Source of the DNA: Lingula anatina | Lineage: Eukaryota; Animalia; Brachiopoda | Length of the DNA stretch: 64,000 nucleotides | Assembly (NCBI GenBank): GCA_051362555.1 | Contig: CM120647.1 | Location: 11,508,651-11,572,650, forward strand | Reading direction: 5' to 3' | Shown here: positions 25,871 through 40,061 of the stretch, piece after piece | Position numbering within the stretch: the first letter of the stretch is position 1 | Layout of the letters: every line of letters starts with the position of its first letter | Made by a program: the position numbers and the translations under genes | The notes under the pieces: model-generated | Databases searched by the model: none | Told to the model about the DNA's origin: nothing | Seen by the model: only the letters and a program-made list of their open reading frames with translations

Positions 25871-27265
25871 TCTGTCGACACTATGAAATTAGCTTTTTAT
25901 TGCGTTATTTGAAGGAAACCTTCAAGACATTTTCTGAGACGTTAGACGCTATATGCATGCTCGCTTCCTGACAAGTTTCAGATTTTCTAATTTTGTAAAA
26001 ATGAATTAACTAATGTAGATAGATTGGAGAATGTAAGATATGGCTTTGCGAGCGACAGCAACGAAGGTTGAAAATAAGTCCGTATTCATGTATATGCTGT
26101 TTGTGTGGGAAAAGATAAAAGCTAGCATTTATTTATTTATTTATTTATTATTATTTTTTTGATTTTGTACATTGCTAGACTCGTGTTAATTAAGTTCCAC
26201 TTGGACAAACAATTCTTCCGCCCGCTTACTTTTAATAATTTTTCTTTAAATATTAAACGGACCCATATATACTGAGTTTGTGTGATTAACAGTCCAACTT
26301 CACCTGAGACAAGAGATGGATGGTTTGCAGGCCTCTCCTAGGTACACTGACCGCCATTAAATTGTGTAGAATATGTTCTATTAACAATGTAAATTTAATT
26401 CCTGTCGACCTTTTAAGAAACGCTAGCTAAGCAAGTACACATATTATCATTATTATTATTATTACTTACCTGACGTACCTGGTCCTCTAATAAATGGACA
26501 TTAGGCTGAGAAATAACAAAACCCGCTGCACCAACAATGTCCGCGTATTCACATGTATGTGACAATTTGTGACCATACAAGAGTCCGGTATGTTAGGTAT
26601 TCGAAGGGAAGTGGCTATAATTTACGCACGTTATCTATACATCTGAGGAAGTAGTTAAATCTATTGTTATACCACTCTTTGCATACATAATACGTCATTA
26701 TCATGGTTTACGTTGACATGTGCATTGACAAGTAGAGGAAACCCTTAATTTGTGCCTTTAGTTCCCGCGAAAACTTGAAGAAACGACGTGCAATTTTTCT
26801 TTTTTTCTTTTTTTGGGCTAGAATTGCGCCATTTTTTTTGCATCTATTCATTAATTATTAATCAGTTAATTTTTAATATATTTATTTTAGCTATAGTAGA
26901 GCGAACATATAATTGACTGTCAAGAATAACGCAGGTTCTAAGTAAATCATAAAGAAGTTCACTTCTTGTGTTAAGAGAATTTAATATTATCATTGCATAC
27001 TGCACATAAAGTAGACGCCATCAAGACAAAGAAGACAAGTGATCTCCACTAGAAAACAACTAACAAAGCACATTTCATTAATTCATTAATTGAATCATTA
27101 ACAGATTGCCACAAGAATCTCGTTTCTGCCATTAAGGTCATATCTGGCTTAATTCTTATCATCTAATATAATCAAAATTCGCCTATAACTTTTTGAGTTA
27201 GGCCTTTATCATAAGTGACAATTAAACCAACGGCAGAGGTAATGAACAAAAATTTACTTAATGTA

Positions 27266-29538
27266 CTAAAGTTTTCCTCCACACAGACGTCTTGCCGCCA
27301 GGGCGGCTACAAAATCAATGATTTCCACAGCCGTCATCAAGGTGCTTCCCAAGATGAGCCCTAAAGCGCCCCCTATATCTGCAAACAGCGCCAACATTGT
27401 ATATGCCTTCTGTTGAGTCATCTTTTCTACGTTTAACGTCTTATAAAAAATCTTAACCTTAACGACATTTTCATCAATATAACTCTCCGTAATGCCGGGA
27501 TACCGGTGCATTAAGTCCTGCTTGAATGCCTTGGTCATCTTGGCGTGAGACACAGCATAGTTGTAGATGCGTTCCCGACAGGGGGCGCTGCAGCGACAGG
27601 TAGACATGGCGGTGGCGACCTCTTTGAAGGGCGTGGTCAAACATGGAAAAATCGTGATAGGAGAACAGCTTGGGACGTCCGGGAGGTAGTTCATAGGTGG
27701 TGACTGGCACCCGCATTTAGCGAGAGTGAAATTAAAGCTGAAAAAATGATGTTCAAAACGCAAAAAGCTATCGTTATTCGTAACGAGAAATTAGCTTTAT
27801 GTATATTAGCCTAATATTGCAGACCCCCATCTAAATTTAATTCATACAAAAGGCTGTGTACGTCTTTTTCTTATAACAAGAAAGAAATTATTCATGTTGG
27901 TTAACGTACGTATTATCATGGACTTCTTTCGATTAAGATAAGGAGACAATCCCTGTTGTGAAACCGACCCCAAAAATGGCCATTTAGTCACTCACTAGCA
28001 TTCATTCAGGCAGTTCAGCTGAGAGAACACGGGGAAATACGCCAGTTCGCTGTCGTGACAGTTTCCATGAGGAGGCGGTAGGTTCTCCACCTAGGAAATC
28101 AGTCTGAGAACTAGAATGGCAACTAAAGATAAGATGGTATAGTCAGACAAGGCTACATTTACCCAGCGGTTGCCTCGACTTGGAAGTTGACTGGACCAGA
28201 AATGTGGCTAAACCAGGGAATGAACTAAACCAGGATGTACGTTGGCTAGATCAGGAATAAATGCACTTGATCAGAAAGTTGGCAAGAGGAGATATTGGCC
28301 TAGACCAGGAAGTTGGCTACAGCTGGGAATTGGCTAGAGCAGGCAGTTGGCTAGACCCTAGAATGGGTTAGGCAAGGAAGTTGACTACACTAAAAAGTTG
28401 GCTACACCAGGGAATGGGCTAGATCAGGCAGTTGATTAGACCAAGTAATGGACCAGACTGGATAGTTGGCTGGATCAGTCATTTGGCTAGACTGGGAATG
28501 GACTACACCAAGAATATGGCTTAACCAGGAGATGGCCTAGTTCAGGAATCTGGCTAAAGCAGGAGATTGGCTGGTCAAGGAATCTGGCTAGACCAGGGAA
28601 TTGACTAGACTAAATACAATCATTGCTTGATAGTATATTTATTAACAATTATTTTACTTGTGTACTTTCAACTAACCATGTAGATAAGCATGTTACGCAT
28701 ATTTAGCAAATAAATAAATAAATAAAAACACGCACCTGAGTTTGCCAGATTGCAATGTCCACAATAGAACCGGGGGTCACCTTGGTGCCAACTAGCTGTG
28801 GCACGGGGGTTTCACTCGGAGAGTGAAGCATCACCTTAAAATGTGTAACACATGCCCAGTAGTTATTATGATAAAGGCTTGGTGTTACAATGAAATGTAA
28901 GATGGGTGTTATAGTTAGCCTAATGCATATGTGTCATAGATTTTTAAAGTCACCGTGGCTAATATGCGTTTGTCATGGTCTTTTAGCCATCTCAGTTAGG
29001 AGAGAATCCAGGTTTATTTGAAGGGGGGGGGGGGGGGGGGGGGTCCGAAGCCGACCCTCCCCCCCCCCCCCCCCTTGGCGTGGGGTTAGTGGCCCGCTGA
29101 AGGACCCCAAATTTCTTTTTGGTATTTTAGAGGGCAAACGGTTCCATTTAAATTTGGTACAGTTTAGAACTGTGATTCAGCTAGCCAAAATTCTAAAATC
29201 AAGATGGGACCTTTGGGGTGATTTTTTTCGGGACCCCGTGACATCCCCCTAAATCCGCCACTGTCAATTGCTTAGGCTTATAAAAGATGTGACAGACATA
29301 TTTAATACGGATGTTACAGTCATGTACTTCTGTTATTATAATAATCTAACACTCACGTTATAGTCAGCTGTTAAAGTCGACTTTATTTCGTAGTTTTAGT
29401 TATATTACTACAGGTATACTAGCCATTGTAATACAAAAACGTAATTACGTAATAAAGGTGGTATAGTAAGATGTAGAGAGAAAGGTTGAGAGTTACTGGT
29501 ACACTCACCTCTACACGCACACTCACACACACACACAT

Positions 29539-29584
<46 letters not shown>

Positions 29585-31570
29585 CGCACAGTAAATCCGG
29601 CCTCTTCAGTATTAAGGAAATACTCGTCAGTTTCAGCATTGAGAACCATTTGTAGTCCGCTTTCCTTTGCAGCAAGTTCCGTCGTAAGGTTTGATGTGCC
29701 TTTACAATAACAAACAGAATGGCTTGATGCAATTGGTGATGCAATTAACACGTAAACAAACACTTCACATAGCACAGTAATCAAAAACACAATACCACAC
29801 AACGCACCATAAAACCATACAAAACAACAATTATATATCACGACATAGCGCAACGCAACACAATGCAACAATCGCGACACAACACAACACAACATAACAC
29901 TCTCAATACATAAAGACAACAGAATAAAATACTATACAACAAAATGCAACAGTCACAACATAACACAAGACATCAGAATAAAATACAATCACAACAAAAC
30001 AATCACAACACAACACAATACATACAAGAGAACAGAATAAAATACTATACAACACAATGAATAGTCACAACATAGCACAACACAAGACAACAGAATAAGA
30101 TACTATGACAACACAACAATCACAACACAACACAATACATACAAGATAACAGAATCAAATATACAACACAATGCAACAGTCACAACACAACAAATAAAAT
30201 AATGCAAAACAACACAACCCAACACAACACAACAGAATAGAACACTAACAATGCATTACAGCGCAACTTTAGCATATTCACATATAACATATTACACTTA
30301 CCAGTTAGTAGTTAACAGGATATAATACATGTTATGTATAACACTTAGTATTGGCATATAGCACATTATAACATGTAACACACATTGCCCTCAAGGTACC
30401 TGCATTAAAGGTATAGCAGCGACCTCCGCTTGTCATTGTCTCTGTGAAATTCAGCAAAGACAAGAAATATCCCGCCTCCCAGATAATGTCCTAGAGAATG
30501 CAAGAAAGCCATGGCTACTCGTTAATGATTGGTGAGCTGTTTATAGTCAATGGAACCAACGTTACACACTCTAGTAGAAAAACCATAGTGCCCTCCGTAA
30601 TGTCCTTTTCACATTGAATATTATATATTTATATAACTGGTTTGAGAGGCCGTTACTTGTAATTATGCTACAGGTGTCCTCCATTTTACGCGTTCTCCAC
30701 AAGTTAGCTTCCTCCTACATAGATGAGTAAAGCAACTAACTGTGACAAATGCAGGGGAATTGGGCTGGAGGTATATTTAGGTATCTTTGAGCGCTTTCAG
30801 AACAGCTGGCTTATAGATCTGAGGTTCATATATGGCAACCCACTAAAAGGCTTGTCGCTTGATTTCCGATTATAGACACTGTATAGATTCCCCGCGGGGA
30901 TTACGCAACAAGCATTCAAGTGGGTCGGCCATATTTGATCCGCCTCATTTTGCTGTTCTGAATGCGCTTTTTCTTTTAGAATATATTGCATTATTAAAAG
31001 AAAACGTACCTGGTTGAATGAGAACATTTCCTCTGGTCTATGACCATGAAAACGAAAGAACTCCGACCAGTTGTAGCCCGTTAGATTCATCTGCGAGACT
31101 CTCTGAAATCCTTCCCAGGAGAGCCTCGAAGCCGAGTATACGTAGGCCATATACTTGACTCCGGCAGCAGTGACACTGGAGTTTCTGAAGATGTTTATAT
31201 TACACACAGTGACCGCGGGAAAGACGAGTGAGGGCTCTTGAGAATAAAGAACCTCCACGTTTACGGAGACTGGGTTGCTCTGGTAGTATGCGACTCGGTT
31301 CCAGATGTGGTAACAAAGGAAGGCAGCACCTGCCAGAACGCAGCACAACCACGCGGCGCGTCTCACCAAACTGGACTTTGGGTCGACCACGTTCTTGAGT
31401 CCTAACACGCTGGCGGACTGGGCGAACGCGACCACGGCGTCTTTGACAGATTCATTGTGGTCAGCGTTGTCGGATGTCAACATCTGTGAAGACGTTTTTT
31501 CGCCTTGAGCGGAGACTGCATTTCGTTTTTGAAAACCACCCAGCCACCCGTGCCCCTTAGATACGTCCAT
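27266..31570 (-). CDS. DEG/ENaC (ASIC/FaNaC-like) amiloride-sensitive cation channel subunit, paralog A; 6 exons, 475 aa
   Basis: Exons: 31570-31010, 30490-30400, 29699-29590, 28834-28736, 28090-27996, 27737-27266, 1428 nt total. Contains TM1 (RRAAWLCCVL...), FPAVTVCNIN, GRCYTFN, LPPPHGNC, a Cys-rich thumb and TM2 LFADIGGALGLILGSTLMTAVEI. Confidence 0.93.
28150..28612. repeat. Degenerate minisatellite of about 19-20 bp (TTGGCTAGACCAGGAA-like) in DEG/ENaC A intron 4
   Basis: About 20 imperfect GGCTAGACCAGG units. Confidence 0.8.
29770..30250. repeat. (CAACA)n-rich low-complexity repeat with a higher-order ACAGAATAAAATAC unit
   Basis: Directly visible in DEG/ENaC A intron 2. Confidence 0.8.
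30793..30967. mobile_element. Palindromic MITE family; copies at 30793-30967, about 32972-33145 and 53881-54087
   Basis: Shared ATTCCCCGCGGGGA...GCATTC(A/G)AGTGGGTCGGCCATATTTGATCCGC core with inverted ends. The 53881 copy is bounded by TAA...TAA, which is Harbinger-like. Confidence 0.8.
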
Positions 31571-34500
31571 GTTAACGCCTTGAGCCGCGGGGAATCAGTT
31601 CCTTCTCGCTGGAGGCAATCGTGTTAAGTGTCTGTTTCCAATGTCTGTGTCGTTGCCACTTTTTGTAATGCTTTTGATTAAGGTCTAAATGTTAGCGGTA
31701 AGTAAGGCGAAAGTCATTTCTATGGCGCTGGTACATTAAGCTTTGTTTGAGTTCATAATTTTAACAACTCTGCGGATTTGTTTTGGATGAGAGTTGAGTG
31801 CTTCCTATTGATTGGTTGAAACCGGAGCTGTATTTATTTCAATACAGGCACTGGACTCAAAACATATGGCATACCTATGTAATTGAAAGACTATTGATGA
31901 CCAACCCTGATTCTGTAATTGCAAAATTCATATTTATGATCTGATAATGAGTGATGAATAACGTACAAACATTTCCCTTATCTAGATATACTGCAAAAGT
32001 GATGGAACTTAATTTTTGTTATACTATACTATTTTCACTTCAATTATCAATTTCAATAAGCAAATCAATGCTCTGAAAGAATGCTTGAACAATATCGAAT
32101 TAGAAATAATAAATTAATGAATAGATAGATAAATGAAACAAAAAGAGATTTTAATTCATCAAAACTTCGCTTAGTTCCTATTTCGCAGCGTGATATGAGC
32201 CCCCTGTAGCCACGGCAAATATTCGGAAGTATTCTTAATCGTTTCTATAATAAAGCAGTATTTCGTCACAAGTTTACAAATTGGTCAATTAGCATCCTCT
32301 CCCTCCATTAACCATTGTTATATCGCGTTCCTGTGCGACCCCAACGTTTGCTAAATCAATGTCAACTTCATATGATATATCTCCCACTTAGCTGGATTGC
32401 CCGCCAGACACCAAGGTGATCGATGGGATTAGATCATACATTTAGCAAATAACTTTACCAGGTGCTTCATGCACTCAGAATTGTAATGGAAATGTTCTTT
32501 AAATGACAGCTTCTTCCAATGATTCCAAAATAACAGGCAACGAGTGTGAAAAAGTTAAAAAAAAAGTACGAAACCGTTCTGAACCATAACAGCAGCAATC
32601 CTGAAATAGAGTGTACGGCGTGAACACAAAACAAGATGCGTCATCAGGCAGCACTTTTGTGGATAAATAAGATCGGAATGCGCCCATGCTCTATATAGAA
32701 GGCTTCTGTCTTATACAGAATTAAATTGTATCATATGTAGACAGTAATATACCAGTAGTATCCTAGCTAGTACACTACAGTTCAGAGCTATATATATTTA
32801 TCTCCCCAACAGCTCCGAACAAGGCAAGGGCAAAATTTAGGGATGTTATTCTCAAGACACAGGTCCACGCGATCTCCTCTCCCGCACGAATAAATTCTAG
32901 CTTCTGTCAATGCCTAACTTTTATGCTTAATATTAAGATTCAAATCAGTTTTATGGCATAATAGTGCATTTAGGCCGCATTAACGACAGTGGACTAACAG
33001 ATCCGCGGGTTTTTGGCTTACATATTAAAAACGTGCCGCATAATCCCATAATAAGCCTAAGAATAGATTCCCCGCGGGGAATACACGACAGGCATTCGAG
33101 TGGGTCGGCCATATTTGATCCGCGGATCTGTTAGTTCGCTGTCGTGCATGCTACTGCTGTAGTTTCTGTCAGAAACGAATCCCTCTCCGTCTGGACCGGG
33201 TGCAATCTCTCACACGTCAGTCAGCCACACCATAGAATTGGTAATGTCTCGAATTTCATATTTAATTGCCATATACATGTACAAATGTTAAAAGAGTACA
33301 TTGCATACTGTGTAATAATTTACTCTGTTTTCCCCTTATAAAGTGGTGAATATGTTTTATGGTTTACATCTCCTAAAACGAAACATCTTGAAATATTGTT
33401 TTTATTACGATATATTTGGAATGTTCCGGAAGCCCAGTGAACGTCTATATACCAGACATGGAATTGCTTTTTGACTTTTGAGCCAGTTATTGAATATATT
33501 TTCTTCATTAAGGTTGGAAAATTGGCGGCAAAGGATTCCTAACTGATTCCTGTAAGTTGAATGTCAAAAGCGCTAAAATGTATGTATACAATGTATTAAA
33601 TAGACCAGTCAACCAAAACCTTAGATGACTTCGACATTTTCCATAATTGACAAAGACGAAAACCATTTCACACTAATTGAACCTTAAGAGGATTTTATTT
33701 GCACTTGTATTTGCACTGACTTGCTTGGCGTTGAATTTACTTTACATCTAATTAACAATTTGTCATTTAACTTTACAATAAAATGTTTCATTCGTCCAAG
33801 ATTCCGAGGAGAACTTTTACGAAGGTGTGCGATTTATCTGACATTGAAAACCTGAGACCAAATCGATTCAGACTTGTTACGTAAACGTCTGGTTTTAGCT
33901 GACGATACAATGCCACTTTCATCGAATAAATGGCATCGATCTCTAACAATTATGCAGTAGGCGATTCTTAACAGTACGTGCAATTTCAAAACTTTTATTA
34001 TTTAAATATAACTATTTCTGTCACATAATGTGGGTCCTCTTCTTCTTGATAGAAGAAGGCTTTGAATAAAATATATGACCACACAACTAGGAAATGCATA
34101 GTTTCACCAATTCGTTGTTATTTTTTCTGTAATGTGCACTGTAATTGAAGATATGTAGTGGCGACATTGATTTTATTGTTTTTATTATTATGAAAGTATG
34201 TTGCCAAGTTAATTTCTGTCCTTTTTCGCTATTGATCTATGAGCCTTGTTATTTTCGGAAAGTATATACATGAAATATTGCTATTGAAAATATCAGATCC
34301 CAGGGGCGGATTGAGAATAATTTGAATGGGGAGGGGGGGATGGCTCGGTGTTCGCTAAAGGGCCCTGAATTTTTTTTTTTTATTGAGGAAGAACGGAGCC
34401 TTTGGTACGGTTAAGAACATTCTGCAAAATTCTAATTTTAAGAGAGGACCATTGGTGTGACTTGTTTGCAGAAATCGAAATTTCTAATTCCGCTACTGGA

Positions 34501-35604
34501 TCCATTAGCATTGCATTCATCACCTGTAGAACTCCACAAAATGGGGTATTAAACGGTTCCAGTACTTAAATTATGGTGTTTTCCTCAAAGTATTCATCAT
34601 CTGAGAATGTGATTTTGCATGTTTCGAACAATGCTAAATCTGTTATTGTGAAAGTCTGCCCCCTATTCTCAAAATACGGAAACATGACAGTTTTTCAGTA
34701 ATTAAAAAAGAAGAATTTTTGAAAGAAAAAAATGCTGGTTTAGTGGGCTGGGGACAAAGGGCTTTCACTGGTCAGAAATAAGAAGAAAATAAAGTTTGAG
34801 CCCTGTTGCAATTTATTCTATTTTTAAAGTTAATTACCCCCTTACAGCTTGTAGTAGGCAGGACGGACATTTAAGCCGGATTATCTGACAGTAATCTAGT
34901 GAGACTCCCTGCGGGGAGAGATCGATCTAAAAGCTCTGGGAATACAGCCTTATACAACCGAAAATGACACTATTTAAAACAGCTGCACATTATAGAAAAG
35001 AATTAAGTTCTCATAAAAATATTGTCATGTGTTTTTGTCATGTCTCTATTATTCACTATGTCTTTTCTTTTATAAAGGAATTGGGCGTCACAAGGATGAA
35101 AAAGCAGTGCCTGTCGTCACAAGAAAATAGATGAACATCTTAAAGAAGGCAGCATTCCTGTGCTCCTGTTATACATGAATTTCCAGTCTGCAGCTACAAT
35201 AGAAATTGTTAACCTACGTGTATAACCTCATTGTGTTTACCTCAGACCCCCTCTCCATCAGATTTATGGAATTAAACATGCTAAAATGGTAAAGGGGAGA
35301 CTGACTCGCTCTGAGCAAGAGAATAAGTAAACAGTTATGTATGGTTGATAATTTTCCTCTGATATTAAGATTAACTACAGAAGTGTAAGCAAGATGAATG
35401 AAGGATATGCAAACAGTCTGTCAGTAATATAACCAGTTCCAATACAAACAAATTCCAATTGCATAGCTGATTACTACCTATCCAACTTCGGTTAAATATT
35501 TCCATCATGCCCAGGGCCTTACTATTATAATTAGGGATTATGTAAAAGGTAAAACTTGCTCTCTGGAGTCTAAAACACATCATAACAATTTTAGAGTGGT
35601 TTTA

Positions 35605-36115
35605 TCCTTAGAAACGATCCCCTGGTCAGGCAAACTATGGAGAGGTGACCTCTGACATTTATTGTAATTATAATTTTTGACTTGATGCAATCAATGCTAA
35701 TACTGACATAACTGCAAATAACAAAGTTAGTTATGAGAGATCCTATAACCTTTTTTTGTCAAGGAGGGGTGGTTTTCTGTTAAGAGACGAGCCTCTAGCC
35801 AGGCAAATTATGGAGAGGTGACCTCAAACACTTTTCGAACTTGGTGCAATCAATGCTAAAATCCTGACATTACTGAAAATAACAAAGTTAGTGACGAGAG
35901 ATCCTATTGCCTTTTTTTGTCGAGGAGGGGTGGCTTTCTGTTTAGAGACGAGCCTCTAGCCAGGCAAATGATGGAGAGGTGACCTCAAACACTATTTTGA
36001 CTTGGTGTAATCAATGCTATAATCCTGACATAATTAACTACTGTCCAGAAGCATGGAGATCATTTCCTGTGAAAGTAATTATCTAGGCAAATATGGAGAT
36101 GTGACCTCTGACATA
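35605..36115. repeat. Tandem repeat of about 160-180 bp, about 3 copies, between the two DEG/ENaC genes
   Basis: CCAGGCAAATTATGGAGAGGTGACCTC...GACTTGGTGCAATCAATGCTAA recurs at about 35625, 35800 and 35960, and partially at 36085. Confidence 0.85.
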
Positions 36116-36940
36116 TAATTTTTTATTTGCTGTATTTAAACCCTGACAATATTGGAATAAAAATATAGTTACTTTCGATTCTGAAAGTTGTTTGTCGTTT
36201 AAAGCGTCAAAATTATGTCTACCTCAAGTGAAATTCGGTGAACACTTCTTCTACTGCTCTGAATGCTATATATTTATACATAAACTCCAGGCAATGCAAG
36301 ATTGCATAATTTTTTCTCCGAAATGCAAATCACCATATTCAATCTATCAGTTAAATACTTTAATCAAAGTGCAAAACATTTCATCATGCAAACAATTTGC
36401 AAAAGTATTCGCTTTTTCCATAATGCGCTTAATGTAAGATACGGAATTAAGTCCTGTACATAAAATAAATAGTATACATACAAAAGATCACCACGCATTA
36501 TTATAAAATTAGTCTTAAGCTTTCAGAAAATAAAAGTTAACAAAATGAGACCTTTCCAGTTAACAAAAGCTGGAATGTAAGGTGGCCTTTCGCAGTGTAA
36601 AAGGTGATAGTTGAACTTTTGAAAACTGAAAGTTAATGAAAATGTGAATGACGGTCTTTCCGAGACGTAAAAGTTGATAAAAAGATGACCTTTTACAAAT
36701 GAAAGGTGAAAGATGACCTTTTCGTCAGGAAAGGATGATGAAAGATGAGGGATCATCTTTCGATAACATTTTGTGGATGAATGAAAGGCGATAAAAGGTG
36801 TTTTTTCATGCAGTGTTTATTACAGTGATAGCTATGAAAATTAATGTACAACAACAACAATAACAAATATACACGTAGCTTACAAAAGGATAATTGAGTC
36901 ATTGTTAATATTAAAGTTGCACTTTTATAACATGCCACAG

Positions 36941-38105
36941 TCAAATTTTTTTCCCAAGTAAATACTGGACCGCGAGAACTGCGCAGAAATCCACGATTTC
37001 CACAGCTGTCATCAAAGTGCTGCCCAATACAAGCCCTAAAGCGCCCCCTATATCGGCAAACAGCGCCAGCATGCTGTAGGCCTCCTGTTGTGTTATCTTC
37101 TCTACAGTCAAGGATTTGTAGAAGACCCTTAGCTTTAAGAGGTTCCTGTCTATGTATTCCACCGTGGTGCCTGGGTGCCTTGCAACTAGTCCCTGCTTGT
37201 AACCGTCGGCCATCTTGGAACTGAACATGGTGTATTCGTAAATAGTCTCACTACAGGGGGCATGGCACCCACATCGATTGAGGGCTATAGAAAATGTCTC
37301 GAAGTCTACATCCCAACACGGTAATAACTCGACTGGGGAGCACTCCGGAACGTCGTCATGGTAACGGCCCCAGGGGACCTGGCAGGAGCACTGCTTCAGA
37401 GTCAAATTGAAACTGAAAGGACGATTACAAAAGATGTGATTTTAGGAAAATATTTGATTTTGTGGTATGTTTTCATTTAAACAGCAGCGCAAATGTGTTG
37501 TAGAAGTTGTAAAAGCCCGGACATAAACACATTACATGTAGAATAGATAGACGTAGAACAGATATATTGATTGATACGAAAAGTTTAACATGCCGGCAGA
37601 TTATACAAAACTTGTATCATTGCACATGTAACGGAGAAAATCCCCTGAAAATACGTTATGTTGTTTGTCAGAGTACAGGTATTTGTGCATCTACTTATTG
37701 GATATGATGATACTTTTAACTTCTTTTCACTTTCTTTCTATATGTCGCGCTTTGTGTTGCAAATTCAACCACTTTGCTACTTACAAACATTCTTCAATAC
37801 AGTTTACTGTGGAGAACTTGTCAAAGTAAGCCAGCTGTCGTTCCTGACACTTACCGTGTGGAGGAGGCAAGTTCTCCACCTACGGAAATTAATAGAACCC
37901 TCGCTTAGCAAAATTACCAATATAATGCATGTTTAGCTCAGTCATTAATATTATAACGACACAGGCTTAGTACAGTCATTAGTATACAAAGGCTACTTAG
38001 TCATTGATGCGACGCATGCAGCTCAGAAATGCTCAGAAAAAAAATCTTGCGAATGCAAAACAGTACGTCCACAGAAAAAAAAACATTTTACTGTATATTT
38101 CTTAT

Positions 38106-38152
<47 letters not shown>

Positions 38153-40061
38153 ACTTGTTTCACAGATAGGACCAGGTCCACGATTCCACCCGGTGCCACT
38201 GGAATGCCAAGAAGAGGAGGAACGGGAACATCATCCTGCTCGTGTATCATTATCTGAAATAACACAGGGCATCCGTCAAGTATTATTTCCACGGGGATAC
38301 AATGGCAGAAATGTGAATTTCGTAGAATTTTCAATACTTTCTTTCACCACGGTTTTACGTATTCAGAACCGTGCCGTTTACATACCATAAAACTTCATGG
38401 TTAAAAAGGTGACACACGCTACACTTACTGTGAAGCCAGCCTCAACGGTAACCGGCCAATACTCGTGTAGTTCCGCGTCAAGCAGTAAATCCAAACCCGC
38501 GTATTTAGATGCGAAATTAGTACTTAGTTTTGGGGAAGAACCTGCCAGAAAGTAACGCAAATATTGATTACAACTTTAAAATATGATGATATAAAAGTCC
38601 AACGATGTCTTTGGATATCAATAAATATATTTGGCTATCTGTCGAAAAATCTTACTTTTAAAATGCACATATATTCACTTTGTTATCGTGTTATCTTGAC
38701 TTACCTGCGTTGAACATATAACACATGCCAATAGGTGTTACGCGTTCTGTAAAGTTGGCCGGAGAGAGTGGCCGAGTGGACCACAAACAATCCTGAAACA
38801 GTGTTCTATCTTTAATATTGCTTACCAATTGTCGTATTTAGTTTTAAATATACAGACGCTGTTTGGCTTGGGGTTTGGATCCGTGGTTGAAAACGGGAAT
38901 AAAAAATACTGGGCCGTAGATGTTTGACTTGTGTAAATACCTGTAGCTTAAAGTCACAGTGATTTCAGCTTATGATCCAATGTTGACTATATGTTTCTAT
39001 TACTTACGGGTTAAAAAAAAACAAATTTGCTGAAGTTTTTTAAGAATAGATATATAAATGGCAGGCTGAGATAAATGACCCTTATAGTTTCGTGATTAAT
39101 TATAATCTCATTGCCATCATTCCAGTCATCATTACCTGTTTATCAGAGGACGCGCTTTTGTTTCAAAATCATCTTTGCCCAAAACAAATTATTTACAACC
39201 GGAAACCTTAAAGGAAGGGAAGGGGGGGGGGTGTTCTTAACAGCTGTACACAGGGACAATGAAATTGATATAACTACACACCGTTCAAAGTGACAGGAAT
39301 GGTAGGCTTAAGAATGGAAGTCCGGGATCCCATATGATTAGTACATATATAAGGCTTAGTCGGAGAATTGGGATTAGTATATGGGACGAATGTAAGATGT
39401 ACAAAGAAAGGGACTACGGTTATTGGCGGACTACCATCCCTGCCACACTGGGGCAAATTGCCCTATGGTAAATGGGTCGTATTACCTGCCCAAATGAGAA
39501 CATGTTTTGTGCTTTGTGACCATGTTTCTTGAAGAACTCCGTCCAGTTGTAGTCGGAGAAATTCACGTGTTCAATCCTCTGTAACCGGTCCTTCACCTGT
39601 CCTCCCAGGATATAGGTGTATGCGATGTCTCTGTCCACTGAAGTATTCAGACTAGAGTTCAGGAACACGTTGTTGTTACAGATGGTCACGGCGGGGAATT
39701 CCAAGGAGGATTTATACTCCACCTCCATGTTAACGGCAACGGGGTTGGTGCTGTAGTAAATGATGCGGTTCCACATATGGAAGATGAGAAACCCCGTTCC
39801 TGCCAAGACACAGCACAGCCATAGCAATCTCCTGAAGAGACTGGAGTTTGGATCGACGGCGTTCTTTAATCCGAGGACGCTGGCAGACTGGGCAAACGCT
39901 ATGATGGCGGCCTTAGCCGTGTCGGTCTCTATCTTCGTGGTGTCCGAAATACGAATGTTGTCTTCTCTTAATTCACTTTTCGGGGAAGTTCCGTTGGTTT
40001 TTGGTAAAGAGCAGACAACTCCACCTCTGTTACCTTGACATTTTTCCTCTCTGTCAACCAT
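36941..40061 (-). CDS. DEG/ENaC (ASIC/FaNaC-like) channel subunit, paralog B; 6 exons, 480 aa
   Basis: Exons: 40061-39486, 38792-38705, 38541-38429, 38253-38155, 37879-37785, 37412-36941, 1443 nt total. Intron positions and phases match paralog A. Contains FPAVTICNNN, GMCYMFN, LPPPHGKC and LFADIGGALGLVLGSTLMTAVEI. Confidence 0.93.
39290..39449. mobile_element. MITE with GTGTGACAGGAATGGTAG TIRs; an inverted copy lies at 56512-56673
   Basis: The reverse complement of 56512-56673 aligns by eye along its length (GGTAG..TCCGGG.TCCCA.ATGA.TAGTACA..TTAGTCGGAG..GGACTACCAT.CCTG.CACAC). Confidence 0.8.
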
